Shown: positions 38,801 through 49,235 of the stretch, in pieces
How the letters are laid out: every line of letters begins with the position of its first letter
Numbering within the stretch: position 1 is the stretch's first letter
Sequence record: DRR723986_5550
DNA length: 64,000 bases
Direction: 5' to 3' (one strand)
Program-made: the position numbers and the translations under genes
Notes under the pieces: generated by a model
Databases searched by the model: none
Seen by the model: the letters and a program-made list of their open reading frames with translations, nothing else
Told to the model about the DNA's origin: nothing

Positions 38801-39199
38801 GTGCTAAATCCTAATGCAAGGGCAGCACTGAAACGGGTTGTGGCCAGCTTGCTGGGCATGACCCAAACACGCCTCGAGTTGGCGGGTGTCGAGTTGGCTC
38901 AGGTTCGTCAAACTACCGTGCGCACAGTGGTTTGGTCGTTGCTTACGGCTTTGGCAGCTGCATTTGCGTCTTTGTTTGTTTGCATTTTGGTGATTGCCCT
39001 GGCGTGGGACACACACCGCTTTCTCGCAATCGCCGGTTGCGCAGCTTTCTATGTCGTTCTGGGTGTGTATTTTTATGTCCAGTTAAAAGACACCCTGGCC
39101 TCACAGCCCCCATTGTTTGAGGCAACATTGGCGGAGCTGGGGCGCGACAAGCAAGCGGTGCTTGACAGTTTGGGCGGTGAGCCCCGGGAGCAGTCATGA
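38801..39199 (+). CDS. YqjE / holin-like family membrane protein
   Basis: TRLELAGVEL, two TM helices, FEATLAEL..D; follows DUF883. Confidence 0.85.
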   Translation: MLNPNARAALKRVVASLLGMTQTRLELAGVELAQVRQTTVRTVVWSLLTALAAAFASLFVCILVIALAWDTHRFLAIAGCAAFYVVLGVYFYVQLKDTLASQPPLFEATLAELGRDKQAVLDSLGGEPREQS

Positions 39200-39606
39200 G
39201 CAAAAAATTTGATGCCCTGGAAGCACGCAAAGAATTGTTGATGATGAAAGCCCAACTGGAACGCATGGAGTTTGGCGGGCAGGTAGATGCCTTGAAAAAG
39301 GAATTTGCCTGGGTCAATGTATTCAGGCAGTTTGGTGGCTGGCTGGGGCAGCGCAACATGCCTGCACTGGGGCCGGTGGCTAGCTTGGGTGGTCAATTTT
39401 GGCAAGAGGGCTTGAAAAAGTATCCCCTGCTCGGCATGCTGGCCTCAACGGCACTGCTGCGTTTTCGACAGCCCATTTCCAAAGTGGCTTTGCGCGCCGG
39501 TTTGGGCGCTGTAGCCCTTGCAGCAGGCATGTTCTGGTTTCAAACGAGAGGCCCTTGGGCTTCCCGTTCGTCTACGCAGCCTTCTACAGACCCAAGCGAC
39601 TCATAA
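39196..39606 (+). CDS. YqjK/DUF3318-like protein
   Basis: [13 protein letters not shown]; third gene of the elaB-yqjE-yqjK-type operon; ATGA overlap. Confidence 0.7.
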   Translation: MSKKFDALEARKELLMMKAQLERMEFGGQVDALKKEFAWVNVFRQFGGWLGQRNMPALGPVASLGGQFWQEGLKKYPLLGMLASTALLRFRQPISKVALRAGLGAVALAAGMFWFQTRGPWASRSSTQPSTDPSDS

Positions 39607-41167
39607 GTTCTCGCACACGTTCGTCCAGGTTGGGGTCTGGCTGAATGCTTCGGCCCCATTCACGCGTGGTTTCTCCGGGCCATTTGTTGGTGGCGTCCAG
39701 TCCCATTTTGCCACCCAGCCCACTCACTGGGCTTGCAAAGTCGAGGTAGTCGATCGGGGTGTTTTGTATCAACACGGTGTCCCGCACGGGGTCCATTCGG
39801 GTGGTGATCGCCCAAATAACTTCCTTCCAGTCGCGCGCGTTCACGTCGTCGTCCACGACCACAATAAACTTGGTGTACATGAATTGGCGCAAAAAGCTCC
39901 AGGCGCCCATCATCACTCGTTTGGCATGTCCGGCATACGCTTTTTTCATGGAAATTACCGCCATGCGGTAGCTGCAGCCCTCGGGAGGCAGGTAAAAGTC
40001 CACAATTTCCGGAAACTGCTTTTGCAGTATCGGCACGAACACCTCGTTTAGTGCCACACCCAATACGGCAGGCTCATCGGGTGGTTTGCCAGTATAAGTG
40101 CTGTGGTAAATGGCATCGTTGCGCAGTGTAATGCGGTCCACCGTGAATACGGGGAACCAGTCCTGTTCGTTGTAGTAACCGGTGTGGTCGCCATATGGGC
40201 CTTCCAGTGCGCAGTCCCAACCCTTCAGGTATTCGGGCACAGGTGGGGGTTCTCGAAGCACGGTGACACCGTCGCGTATCTCGGGCACTTCGCCGTCGGT
40301 TCTGCCTTTGCGGGCGGCCACGGCAATTGGGTGCTCATAGGGGTAAATGTGACCTTCCAGCACCATTTCAGCTTCAGCCGGCACCTGTAGTTCATTGCCT
40401 TTGCAGGCTACAAGCTCGGTGCGGCTGCCGCGCAGCAAACCCGCAAACTGGTATTCCGACAGCGTGTCAGGTACGGGCGTCACGGCACCCAAAATAGTGG
40501 CTGGGTCTGCGCCCAAGGCCACTGAGATGGGGAAGGGTTGACCAGGATATTTCAGGGCATGGTCGCGAAAATCGAGCGCGCCTCCCCGATGGGCTAGCCA
40601 GCGCATGATCAGCCGGTTTTTGCCTATTTGTTGTTGACGGTAAATGCCCAGGTTCTGGCGCTTGCGATTGGGGCCTTTGGTGACCACAAGGCCCCAGGTC
40701 AGGAGGGGGGCTGCATCGTCAGGCCAGCAAGTCCAGATGGGTATCTGACTCAGGTCAACGTCGGGGCCTTCCACCACGTTTTCTTGGCACGGTGCTTTAC
40801 TGACCACTTTGGGGGCCATCGACAGCACCTGTTTCACCAAAGGCAACTTATCCAGTGCGTCTCGCATTCCCTTGGGTGGTTCGGGTTCTTTCAGATAGGC
40901 CAAAGTACGACCGATTTCCCGTAGTGCATCGGTGTTGCTGGCGCCCATGCCCATGGCTACTCGTTTTGGTGTTCCAAACAGGTTACCCAGAACGCGGTGC
41001 TTATAGCCGTGGGGCGCGTCAAACAACAACGCCGGTCCTTCTGCGCGCAGAACTTTGTCGCAAAGATGGGTCATCTCCAGAATTGGGCTGACCGATTCGG
41101 GGACTCGCTGAAGTTCACCTTCTTTGTAGAGTAAATCGATGAAGTCTCGAAGGTTCTTGTATCGCAT
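39584..41167 (-). CDS. ubiD: 3-polyprenyl-4-hydroxybenzoate decarboxylase
   Basis: [51 protein letters not shown]. Confidence 0.97.
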   Translation of the reverse strand: MRYKNLRDFIDLLYKEGELQRVPESVSPILEMTHLCDKVLRAEGPALLFDAPHGYKHRVLGNLFGTPKRVAMGMGASNTDALREIGRTLAYLKEPEPPKGMRDALDKLPLVKQVLSMAPKVVSKAPCQENVVEGPDVDLSQIPIWTCWPDDAAPLLTWGLVVTKGPNRKRQNLGIYRQQQIGKNRLIMRWLAHRGGALDFRDHALKYPGQPFPISVALGADPATILGAVTPVPDTLSEYQFAGLLRGSRTELVACKGNELQVPAEAEMVLEGHIYPYEHPIAVAARKGRTDGEVPEIRDGVTVLREPPPVPEYLKGWDCALEGPYGDHTGYYNEQDWFPVFTVDRITLRNDAIYHSTYTGKPPDEPAVLGVALNEVFVPILQKQFPEIVDFYLPPEGCSYRMAVISMKKAYAGHAKRVMMGAWSFLRQFMYTKFIVVVDDDVNARDWKEVIWAITTRMDPVRDTVLIQNTPIDYLDFASPVSGLGGKMGLDATNKWPGETTREWGRSIQPDPNLDERVRELMSRLGL

Positions 41168-41324
41168 TGTGAAAAAAACTGCCTGTTTGTGGTCCGAAAG
41201 GAACAGTTAACAAGAAATTACAACTCACACCTAGAGGGCTTTTTCAAGCCCCCCAAAAGCGCATAACGCCTAGCGATGGGGGTAAGTTCTTGTTTCGAGT
41301 AGAAAGACTCTACCAGATTTTGGA

Positions 41325-41353
41325 TTGACCCCTGCCCGGGTTGACCCTAGAAT
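41325..41353 (+). promoter_or_regulatory. Sigma70 promoter upstream of the lytic transglycosylase leader
   Basis: TTGACC-N17-TAGAAT. Confidence 0.8.
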
Positions 41354-41359
41354 CCGGTC

Positions 41360-41584
41360 AGCTTTGTGACAGGTATCACCTAAGTCACACAAACGCAGTT
41401 GGAGGGCAAAACTTGAGGGAACTTAAGTCAGCCTAACTTCATCTTAAGAGTGCTTTAACCATGCAGTACTTGTTGTAGTTGGTTAAAGCAGAACGTTCTG
41501 CCTCACGGACAAAATGGAGGCAGATGCACCGCTGAGTCAAACAATGCAGGGTTAAGCCTGCGTTTGCGTAGCAGAGGAGGTTGC
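41360..41584 (+). ncRNA. Candidate structured 5' leader RNA (five tandem hairpins)
   Basis: Stems 41365-41389, 41397-41438 (GGAA loop), 41451-41490 (perfect 10 bp), 41497-41524 (perfect 8 bp), 41538-41566; SD GAGGAGG at 41574-41580. Confidence 0.5.
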
Positions 41585-42445
41585 ATGAAGCAGTACGAAA
41601 CCGTTCTGAGCGTGAATGGCCAGCAGGTCCAGTCTCAGAATTTACTTCAATCTTTGAAACATGCTGTCACCGGTCTTGGTGTGGCAACGTCAGTTTTGGT
41701 CGCTGGTGCAGTGGCAATTCTGCTGTCCAATGCCGAACTTCGCAGTCAGGTGTTTTTCTCTGCCCCCGTGCAGGCAATTTTCGCCACTGAAATCGACTTG
41801 CTCAGTACTGGCCTTGCAGCCGGTGGTACTGAGGTGGTTAACAACACAGGCAAGGCTTCCGCGACCCCGTCGGGTTCCAAAAACCTGATGCCCGTGAAGT
41901 TCAATTCGATTGATTCGAGCAAACCGCTGACGGCAGGCCAACGTCAAATTACGTCGTATTTGGCCAAGCGCTACAGCGTTTCGCCCGAGGCCGTGGAGTC
42001 TATTGTTCGTTTGGCCTACAAGGTCGGCAAGGAAGAGAAAGTAGAGCCCACCCTGATCCTCGCGATTGTGGGTATTGAGTCCTCTTACAATCCATTTGCG
42101 GCTAGCCCGGTGGGTGCGCGTGGTTTGATGCAGGTCATGCCCAAAATTCACAAAGACAAGTTTGAGGCTTTGTCTCCCGGTGACTGGTCACCACTGAATC
42201 CTGAAATGAACATGCGCGTGGGTGCGAAAATCATTCGCGAGTACACCCGCCGCACTGGTTCCGTTCATGCAGGTCTTCGTTGGTATGTCGGCGCAGCCAT
42301 TCATGGTAATGATGGTGGCTATCCCGGCAAGGTGTTGGCGCTGAAATCCCGAATTGATTCAGCATATCAACAGGGCAGCTTGGTTGCCTCTCGAGAAAAC
42401 AACCAAAAAGTGTCTGCTGTGTCAGTGGCGGGTTCAGAAGGCTAA
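41585..42445 (+). CDS. Lytic transglycosylase (SLT domain) with N-terminal membrane anchor
   Basis: LILAIVGIESSYNPFA.S.VGARGLMQV, N.RVGA.I..EY, YVGA. Confidence 0.92.
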   Translation: MKQYETVLSVNGQQVQSQNLLQSLKHAVTGLGVATSVLVAGAVAILLSNAELRSQVFFSAPVQAIFATEIDLLSTGLAAGGTEVVNNTGKASATPSGSKNLMPVKFNSIDSSKPLTAGQRQITSYLAKRYSVSPEAVESIVRLAYKVGKEEKVEPTLILAIVGIESSYNPFAASPVGARGLMQVMPKIHKDKFEALSPGDWSPLNPEMNMRVGAKIIREYTRRTGSVHAGLRWYVGAAIHGNDGGYPGKVLALKSRIDSAYQQGSLVASRENNQKVSAVSVAGSEG

Positions 42446-42448
42446 TCG

Positions 42449-43657
42449 TCAGGGCAATTGGCCTTTGTTGAAAAGTCGTATCCGTTCGATGGCGGTTTTC
42501 AGATTGTCCATCGAATTGGCATACGACAAACGCATCATCTCGCTGCCTCGAAATTCCGAAAAATCCTTGCCGGGCACAGCGCACACCAACGCCTGCTCGA
42601 GTAAGTCTTTGCAGTATCGCTCGCTGTCATAGGGAGACTTGGCATAAATATAAAATGCCGAGTCGGGCGTCGAGTGCAACTCGATGCCTGCTTTGGGAAG
42701 TGACGTCACCATGAAGTCGCGCCTGGCCTTGAAAATCTGTCGTCGCTCTTCGCAAATGGCCAGCGTTTCCGGTGTAAAGCAAGCCAGTGCCGCCCATTGG
42801 GCTGGCGTATTGGGGCATATGCTCAGATTCTGGGCAAACCGTTCAATGGCTGGTAACAGCGTGTCAGGTACCACCATCCACCCAAGTCGCAAACCAGTCA
42901 TTCCAAAATATTTTGAGAAACTGTTGATCACCACCACCGGCATTCGGTCGCTGGGCGCCCCAGTTAATTGAAGCACACTTTGGGCGGGCTGGTCATAGCA
43001 AAGCGATTGGTAAATTTCGTCAACAATTACAAAACCACCCAGAGTGTTAACGCCATGGACAATGTCTTTCATGGATTGAGCGTTGAGTTGGGTGCCGGTC
43101 GGATTGTTAGGCGAGGCCAGCAGCACTCCTGCCGTGTGGCGAGTCCATTGTTCGCGCAAATCGGCCCAACTGGGTTGAAAGTTCTGTGCCTCGTGGGTTT
43201 GCACAAAATCAGGGACGCCTCCCGCCATTTGCACAAAGGTTTTGTTACAGGGGTAACCGGGGTCAGTCAGCAGCACCTTGTCAGTGCGGTTGATCAGGGC
43301 TAGGCAGGCGAACATCAGTGCGGCGGATGCGCCCGATGTGATTACGATTTGATGGGCCGGCACCCGCACTTTAAACTGCTGCTCGTAGTGGCGGCTAATC
43401 GCTTCGCGCAATTCAGGCAAGCCCAGCGCCGCTGTGTATCGGGTTTTGTGTGCTGAAACAGCCTGGATCAATGCCTGCTCCACAGGCTCGGGCATCGGAA
43501 AATCGGGTTCACCGATCGACAGATGAATCACTGGCTTTCCCTGCGCCTGCAGGGCATCTGCTGCTTTGACCAGTTCCATGACATGGAAGGGTTGAACGAG
43601 ATTGCTAAGGCTAGACTGCTTCAATTCTTCACCATTGTTAGTGAGTGGCGCGAACAA
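42449..43657 (-). CDS. Class I/II PLP-dependent aminotransferase
   Basis: IGEPDF, ASPNNPTG, VDEIY, SFSKYFGMTGLRLGW. Start is uncertain. Confidence 0.93.
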   Translation of the reverse strand: MFAPLTNNGEELKQSSLSNLVQPFHVMELVKAADALQAQGKPVIHLSIGEPDFPMPEPVEQALIQAVSAHKTRYTAALGLPELREAISRHYEQQFKVRVPAHQIVITSGASAALMFACLALINRTDKVLLTDPGYPCNKTFVQMAGGVPDFVQTHEAQNFQPSWADLREQWTRHTAGVLLASPNNPTGTQLNAQSMKDIVHGVNTLGGFVIVDEIYQSLCYDQPAQSVLQLTGAPSDRMPVVVINSFSKYFGMTGLRLGWMVVPDTLLPAIERFAQNLSICPNTPAQWAALACFTPETLAICEERRQIFKARRDFMVTSLPKAGIELHSTPDSAFYIYAKSPYDSERYCKDLLEQALVCAVPGKDFSEFRGSEMMRLSYANSMDNLKTAIERIRLFNKGQLP

Positions 43658-43668
43658 GTTGCGCGATT

Positions 43669-43711
43669 TGTGGAAACCCCTAGGGACAGCTTCATTGGCT
43701 GAGCCTATAAT
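43669..43711 (+). promoter_or_regulatory. maeB promoter region: motif TGTGGAAACCC, weak -35, consensus -10
   Basis: TGTGGAAACCC 43669-43679, GGGACA 43683-43688, N17, TATAAT 43706-43711. Confidence 0.55.
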
Positions 43712-43747
43712 TTTCGGTTCTGTTGTTCACCTCAAAGAGAAGATTAT

Positions 43748-46063
43748 ATGGCTCAACCAATGGATCAACGCTTCAGGCAGGCCGCCCTTGAATATCACGA
43801 GTTTCCGAAGCCTGGGAAATTGCAGATCTCGGCCACAAAAAGCCTGGTCAACCAGCGTGACCTGGCCCTGGCGTATTCTCCGGGTGTTGCAGCAGCTTGC
43901 GAGGAAATTGAGGCTGATCCGTCAACTGCGGTGCGCTACACTGCACGCGCCAATTTGGTGGGTGTGGTCACGAACGGTACTGCGGTGCTTGGTTTGGGCA
44001 ATATTGGACCTTTGGCTGCAAAGCCTGTCATGGAAGGCAAGGCGGTGCTGTTCAAAAAGTTTGCGGGTATCGATGTTTTTGACATCGAAATCAACGAGAA
44101 CGACCCCGACAAACTGATTGAAATCATTGCTTCGCTGGAACCAACATTCGGCGGCATTAATCTGGAAGACATCAAGGCACCAGATTGTTTCAAGGTTGAG
44201 CGAGCCTTGCGTGGGCGCATGAATATTCCAGTGTTTCACGACGATCAGCATGGCACCGCCATTGTAGTGGGTGCAGCCATTTTGAATGGCCTTGAAGTGA
44301 TCGGTAAAAAACTGGATGAGGTCAAATTTGTAGTGTCTGGGGCGGGTGCTGCCGCTTTGGCTTGTCTCGAGTTGCTCGTCGAGTTGGGCCTTCCGCGTAA
44401 AAACGTGTGGGTGACCGACATTGACGGTGTGGTTTATAAAGGCCGAACCACCAACATGGATCCGGACAAAGACCTGTTTGCTCAGGATACGGCAGCACGT
44501 ACTCTGGCAGACGTAATTAAAGATGCGGATGTATTTCTGGGGTTGTCAGCGGGCGGAGTCTTGAAGCAGGACATGGTGCGAGCCATGGCGGCCAAACCCC
44601 TGATTTTGGCCTTGGCCAACCCCACACCGGAAATTTTGCCCGAGCAGGTGAAGGAGGTTCGCGACGACGCCATTATGTGTACGGGGCGTACCGACTACCC
44701 GAACCAAGTGAACAATGTGCTGTGTTTCCCCTTTATTTTCAGGGGTGCGCTTGATGTGGGCGCCACAACCATTACCAAGGAAATGGAAATTGCGGCAGTT
44801 CGTGCAGTGGCGGAGCTGGCCCGAAAAGAGCAATCCGATGTGGTTGCCTCTGCCTACCGCACACAAAATTTGAGCTTTGGTCCTGAATACCTGATTCCAA
44901 AGCCTTTTGATCCCCGCCTGATCGTGCACATTGCACCTGCTGTGGCCAAAGCCGCAATGGAAAGCGGGGTAGCCACGCGCCCGATTGCGGATCTGGAAGC
45001 TTACAAAGATCAACTGCAACAGTTCGTTTATCACTCTGGCACGTTTATGAAGCCGATTTTTGCGGTGGCCAAGCGGTGTGTAGCCGAGACGCCGCAAACT
45101 TCCCGCATTGTTTTCGCCGAAGGCGAGGATGAGCGTGTCATGCGCGCAGTGCAAGTAGTTGTGGATGAGGCCATTGCCAAGCCCATCATGATTGGCCGCC
45201 CCGCCGTGATTGAACGCCGTTTGGAACGTTTCGGTTTGCGCATCAAGCCTGGTGTGGATTTTGAGTTGATCAACCCTGAGTATGACGAGCGCTACAAAGA
45301 CTACTGGCGCATGTACCATGAATTGACCAAGCGCAAGGGTGTGACTGAAGCGTATGCCAAAATAGAAATGCGTCGCCGCAACACGCTGATTGGCTCCATG
45401 ATGATTCACAAAGGCAATGCAGACGGGATGATCTGCGGTACCTTTGGCACCCACTCACTTCATTTGCATTACGTCGACCAGGTATTGGGCCGCCGTGCAG
45501 GCTGCAATACTTATGGCGCCATGAACGGCCTCATGCTGACCAACCGTCAGGTGTTTTTGGTGGACACCCATGTGAATTACGATCCAACGGCGGAACAGAT
45601 CGCTGAAATCACTTTGATGGCTGCCGAAGAAATGTTGCGTTTGGGTGTGCAGCCCAAGGCCGCGTTGCTTTCGCATTCCAACTTTGGTTCGAGTAACCAG
45701 CCGTCTGCTGTGAAAATGCGCGAGGCAATGCAAATTCTCCGCAATATTGCGCCTTGGTTGGAGGTAGACGGCGAGATGCACGGTGATTGCGCCATCGATG
45801 AGCAGGTTCGCAACACCATTTTCTCGGGTTCTACATTGACCGGCGAGGCCAACTTGCTCGTTTGCCCGAACATCGATGCAGCCAATATTTCCTACAACTT
45901 GCTGAAATCGGCGGCGGGTAACGGAATTGCTGTGGGCCCAATTTTGTTGGGCTCAGACAAGCCAGTGCATATTTTGACTGCCTCTGCGACGGTACGCCGC
46001 ATCGTTAACATGACCGCATTGGCGGTGCTCGACGCGAATTCAGAGCGGGTTAGTTCGCTGTAA
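43748..46063 (+). CDS. maeB: NADP-dependent malic enzyme (ME-PTA fusion)
   Basis: [38 protein letters not shown]-terminal PTA-like domain (FAEGED, DGEMH). Confidence 0.97.
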   Translation: MAQPMDQRFRQAALEYHEFPKPGKLQISATKSLVNQRDLALAYSPGVAAACEEIEADPSTAVRYTARANLVGVVTNGTAVLGLGNIGPLAAKPVMEGKAVLFKKFAGIDVFDIEINENDPDKLIEIIASLEPTFGGINLEDIKAPDCFKVERALRGRMNIPVFHDDQHGTAIVVGAAILNGLEVIGKKLDEVKFVVSGAGAAALACLELLVELGLPRKNVWVTDIDGVVYKGRTTNMDPDKDLFAQDTAARTLADVIKDADVFLGLSAGGVLKQDMVRAMAAKPLILALANPTPEILPEQVKEVRDDAIMCTGRTDYPNQVNNVLCFPFIFRGALDVGATTITKEMEIAAVRAVAELARKEQSDVVASAYRTQNLSFGPEYLIPKPFDPRLIVHIAPAVAKAAMESGVATRPIADLEAYKDQLQQFVYHSGTFMKPIFAVAKRCVAETPQTSRIVFAEGEDERVMRAVQVVVDEAIAKPIMIGRPAVIERRLERFGLRIKPGVDFELINPEYDERYKDYWRMYHELTKRKGVTEAYAKIEMRRRNTLIGSMMIHKGNADGMICGTFGTHSLHLHYVDQVLGRRAGCNTYGAMNGLMLTNRQVFLVDTHVNYDPTAEQIAEITLMAAEEMLRLGVQPKAALLSHSNFGSSNQPSAVKMREAMQILRNIAPWLEVDGEMHGDCAIDEQVRNTIFSGSTLTGEANLLVCPNIDAANISYNLLKSAAGNGIAVGPILLGSDKPVHILTASATVRRIVNMTALAVLDANSERVSSL

Positions 46064-46075
46064 AAGTAGCGCTTT

Positions 46076-46117
46076 AAAACAGCAAATGGGCGTGCAACAC
46101 ACGCCTGTTTTTGTTTT
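46076..46117 (+). terminator. Probable intrinsic terminator of maeB
   Basis: GGCGTG-CAACA-CACGCC followed by TGTTTTTGTTTT. Confidence 0.65.
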
Positions 46118-46149
46118 AACTTATCGAAAATGTGTCGCACAATGGTTTC

Positions 46150-47352
46150 ATGAGCGAACTCGACACATTTCACACTGAGGGCCACGATGACATCACCGGA
46201 TTGGTGTTGTCCGGTGGTGGCGCGCGTGCCGCCTATCAAGTGGGTGTGCTGCATCAGCTGGCCAAGTGGTTTGAGCAAGAAAATAAACGGGAGTTTGATT
46301 TTCCCTTCAAGATCTTGTGTGGAACCTCAGCGGGTGCAATCAATGCCGCGGCTCTCGCCTGCGCCGGTCGCAATTTTTATCAGTCCACAGATCGCATGCT
46401 GAAAGTCTGGGAGAATTTCAGCTCTGATCAAGTATTTCGCTCAGATTCACTGGGTATCATTCGCACCGGGGCGCGTTGGTTGTCTGCACTTTCAATTGGC
46501 TGGATGTTGCGAAAGCGCCCCAAGTGTCTGCTAGACAATTCACCGCTGTCACATTTGATGCATCAGCTGTTGCACTTCCGAAGGCTGGATGAAGCGCTCG
46601 AGAACGGCACCATTCACGCCCTGGCCGTCACCGCATCCAGCTACAGTTCTGGTCGCAGCGTTACTTTTTTCCAAACCCAGAAAGTGATTGAGAGCTGGGC
46701 GAGAACACAGAGGGTTGCATTGCCCGATCGAATCACAGTCGAACATTTGTTGGCTTCTGCCGCAATTCCTTTTGTATTTCCCGCGGTCAAACTGAATATT
46801 GAGGGGCGAATGGAACATTTTGGCGACGGCTCCATCCGCCAATTGGCCCCGATAAGTCCGGCAATTCACCTAGGTGCAAACAGGGTGATGGTGATCGGTT
46901 CCAGTCAATCGGACAAAGACCACACACAGCGTATTGAAATTCAAAATGCATATCCCAGTTTGGCCCAAATTGCGGGCCATGCCATGGCATCCATTTTTCT
47001 GGACAGTCTGTCAATTGACATTGAGCGCTTAAGCCGAGTCAACAAAACCCTGGGTTTGTTGCCGCCCGAGATGGCCACGAAAACCACTTTGAAACCGGTT
47101 GAGTTGTTGGTGATTTCGCCCTCAGAACGAATTGATGAAATTGCAGCTCGCCACACGCAAGACCTACCCCGGCCTGTACGTACCTTGTTATCTGCATTGG
47201 GCGCCACGGAGGCCAGTGGTTCGTCTTTGGCCAGTTATTTGCTGTTTGAGGCAAACTATACTCGCGAATTAATTCGAATGGGTATTGCCGATACCATCGC
47301 CAAGAAAGAGGCGGTGTATGAGTTCTTCCATCTGGGTCAGTCTGGCCGCTGA
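46150..47352 (+). CDS. Patatin-like phospholipase family protein
   Basis: LSGGGARAAYQVG, GTSAG (catalytic Ser), ASAAIP, DGS (catalytic Asp). Confidence 0.92.
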   Translation: MSELDTFHTEGHDDITGLVLSGGGARAAYQVGVLHQLAKWFEQENKREFDFPFKILCGTSAGAINAAALACAGRNFYQSTDRMLKVWENFSSDQVFRSDSLGIIRTGARWLSALSIGWMLRKRPKCLLDNSPLSHLMHQLLHFRRLDEALENGTIHALAVTASSYSSGRSVTFFQTQKVIESWARTQRVALPDRITVEHLLASAAIPFVFPAVKLNIEGRMEHFGDGSIRQLAPISPAIHLGANRVMVIGSSQSDKDHTQRIEIQNAYPSLAQIAGHAMASIFLDSLSIDIERLSRVNKTLGLLPPEMATKTTLKPVELLVISPSERIDEIAARHTQDLPRPVRTLLSALGATEASGSSLASYLLFEANYTRELIRMGIADTIAKKEAVYEFFHLGQSGR

Positions 47353-47411
47353 GTTCGACGTCAAGCCGCGTTACAATTAGCGCTTCGAGGCAGTTCAGGC
47401 ATTTTCTTCCC

Positions 47412-49205
47412 ATGCATCCATCTTTGGTTTCCGCTGCTTGGCATGCCAGGATGACCCACGCCGAGGGTGGTGATGGGCTTTGTGTTGCGCATGGCAAACC
47501 GGTGCAGGTGCTCAGCACGTTCGATGCAAGCGAAGTGCGGGTCCTGATCGAGCAGGCACATGCTTTATCCAAACAGGGTTTGTATGTTTTGGGTGGTCTT
47601 AGTTACGAGGCTGCGACTGTTTTTGACTCCGCTTTGACGGTTTGTACGTCCAGTGATTTCCCTTTGCTTGAATTTCATGCTTTTGAACCGAATCAACTGA
47701 GCCTGCTGGGTCAATCGCAGCTGGAACAATTGCCCGACGCATCCCGGTTTATGCCGTGGGTGGATCAGCAAACAGGTCAGCGATATCAGCAAACCTATCT
47801 GCAGGTGAGGCAAGCGATTGAAGCAGGTGAGTTTTATCAAATCAATTTGACCACGCGCCTTCTAACAGGCAACCCGCTACTTGATGCTTGGGATGTTTTT
47901 CAGCATCTTTACGCCAGCCAACCTGCTCCCCAGAGTGTGTTTCTGCGCGGCAGTGTGTTCAATGCGATCAGTCTGTCGCCCGAGTTGTTTTTCAAGTGGG
48001 ACGGCAAGGAACTGCAAACCGCCCCCATGAAGGGAACCCGAAGGCCCGTCTTGGGTGGTCTGGATGTACTGAGTGACAGCGAAAAGGACCGGGCAGAGAA
48101 TGTCATGATCGTTGACTTGTTGCGAAACGACATGGCCAAGGTCTGCCAACCAAAGTCAGTCCAGGTGCGTTCACTGTTCGATGTGATGCATCTGCCCACT
48201 GTGGACCAAATGACCTCCAGTATTTGCGGGCGCACTTTGCCGGACATCACTTTGGTGGATTTGTTTGAGGCTCTATTTCCTTGTGGCAGTGTGACCGGTG
48301 CACCCAAATCGCAAGCCATGTTGCGAATTGCGCAATGGGAACAAGCTCCGAGGAAATTGTATTGCGGGGCGCTCGGTGTACTTAGCCCGGGAGGCAGGGT
48401 TCAGTTCAATGTTCCGATTCGCACCGTCATCGAGCAGGCTAGTGAACTGGAGTATGGTGTGGGCAGTGGGATCACTTGGTATTCCACAGCAAATGAAGAG
48501 AAAAATGAGTGGTGGCAAAAAACTGCATTTTTACGTCAGGCCACTTGCGACTTTCAGATACTTGAGACGTTGCGCCTCGAAAATGGACGATGGCTTCATC
48601 TGGATGATCATGTCGATCGGATGGCGAACTCTGCCAACCAGTTTTCTTTTTTATTTGATGAGCAAAGGGTTCGTCTGAGTCTGGAAGCTGTAGCAAACCA
48701 AAATCCGGATGGATTGTTCCGTGGGCGTTGTTTGCTCGACGCCAACGGAGAAGCGCGAATTGAACTCCATGAGCTGGTACTGGACCAGTCGCCCGTGTTG
48801 CTGCGTTTGGCTGATTCCGCCATGCAGGCCAAGCCAGACTTTGTAATTCATAAAACCACATACCGACCCGAGTACGAGTATTTTCAGAGTCAGGCAAATG
48901 GGGCTTTTGATGTTCTTCTTTTCAACGCCCACGGTTTCTTGACTGAAACCTGCCGTTGCAATGTGGTACTGAAAATTGATGGCGAGTGGTTAACACCACA
49001 AATATGCGAGAGCACCGGTACTTATTTGTTGCCCGGGGTGTTGCGTACACGCCTTTTAAGGGAAAATACGATTCGGCAAGCTCCGCTGAATGTGCAAGAC
49101 TTGCACCGCGCTGAAGAGGTGTGGTTAATCAATAGTTTGCGAGGCTGGGTACCCGTGGCCACGGTGGTTGATGCACACAACAAAGTGCTTTTTTCTGCTG
49201 ATTAA
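47412..49205 (+). CDS. pabB: Bifunctional aminodeoxychorismate synthase component I / class IV PLP lyase (PabB-PabC fusion)
   Basis: YQINLT, SPELFF, PMKGT, AENVMIVDLLRND, FPCGSVTGAPK; then LETLR, HKTT.R..Y, LTE, LLPGVLR, NSLRG. Confidence 0.9.
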   Translation: MHPSLVSAAWHARMTHAEGGDGLCVAHGKPVQVLSTFDASEVRVLIEQAHALSKQGLYVLGGLSYEAATVFDSALTVCTSSDFPLLEFHAFEPNQLSLLGQSQLEQLPDASRFMPWVDQQTGQRYQQTYLQVRQAIEAGEFYQINLTTRLLTGNPLLDAWDVFQHLYASQPAPQSVFLRGSVFNAISLSPELFFKWDGKELQTAPMKGTRRPVLGGLDVLSDSEKDRAENVMIVDLLRNDMAKVCQPKSVQVRSLFDVMHLPTVDQMTSSICGRTLPDITLVDLFEALFPCGSVTGAPKSQAMLRIAQWEQAPRKLYCGALGVLSPGGRVQFNVPIRTVIEQASELEYGVGSGITWYSTANEEKNEWWQKTAFLRQATCDFQILETLRLENGRWLHLDDHVDRMANSANQFSFLFDEQRVRLSLEAVANQNPDGLFRGRCLLDANGEARIELHELVLDQSPVLLRLADSAMQAKPDFVIHKTTYRPEYEYFQSQANGAFDVLLFNAHGFLTETCRCNVVLKIDGEWLTPQICESTGTYLLPGVLRTRLLRENTIRQAPLNVQDLHRAEEVWLINSLRGWVPVATVVDAHNKVLFSAD

Positions 49206-49235
49206 AATCTAACAATAAACAAAAAGGGAAGTGAC

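Noticed and set aside
38801..39199. Holin-family gene near a lytic transglycosylase, suggesting a prophage lysis cassette
   Set aside because: It is the middle gene of the housekeeping elaB-yqjE-yqjK-type operon. No integrase, capsid or tail genes are present, and ubiD separates it from the SLT gene.
41403..41430. Resemblance of GGCAAA-stem-GGAA-stem to the c-di-GMP-I riboswitch P2 hairpin
   Set aside because: The required following GACGCAAA junction and tetraloop-receptor hairpin are absent. The region is retained only as an unclassified structured leader.
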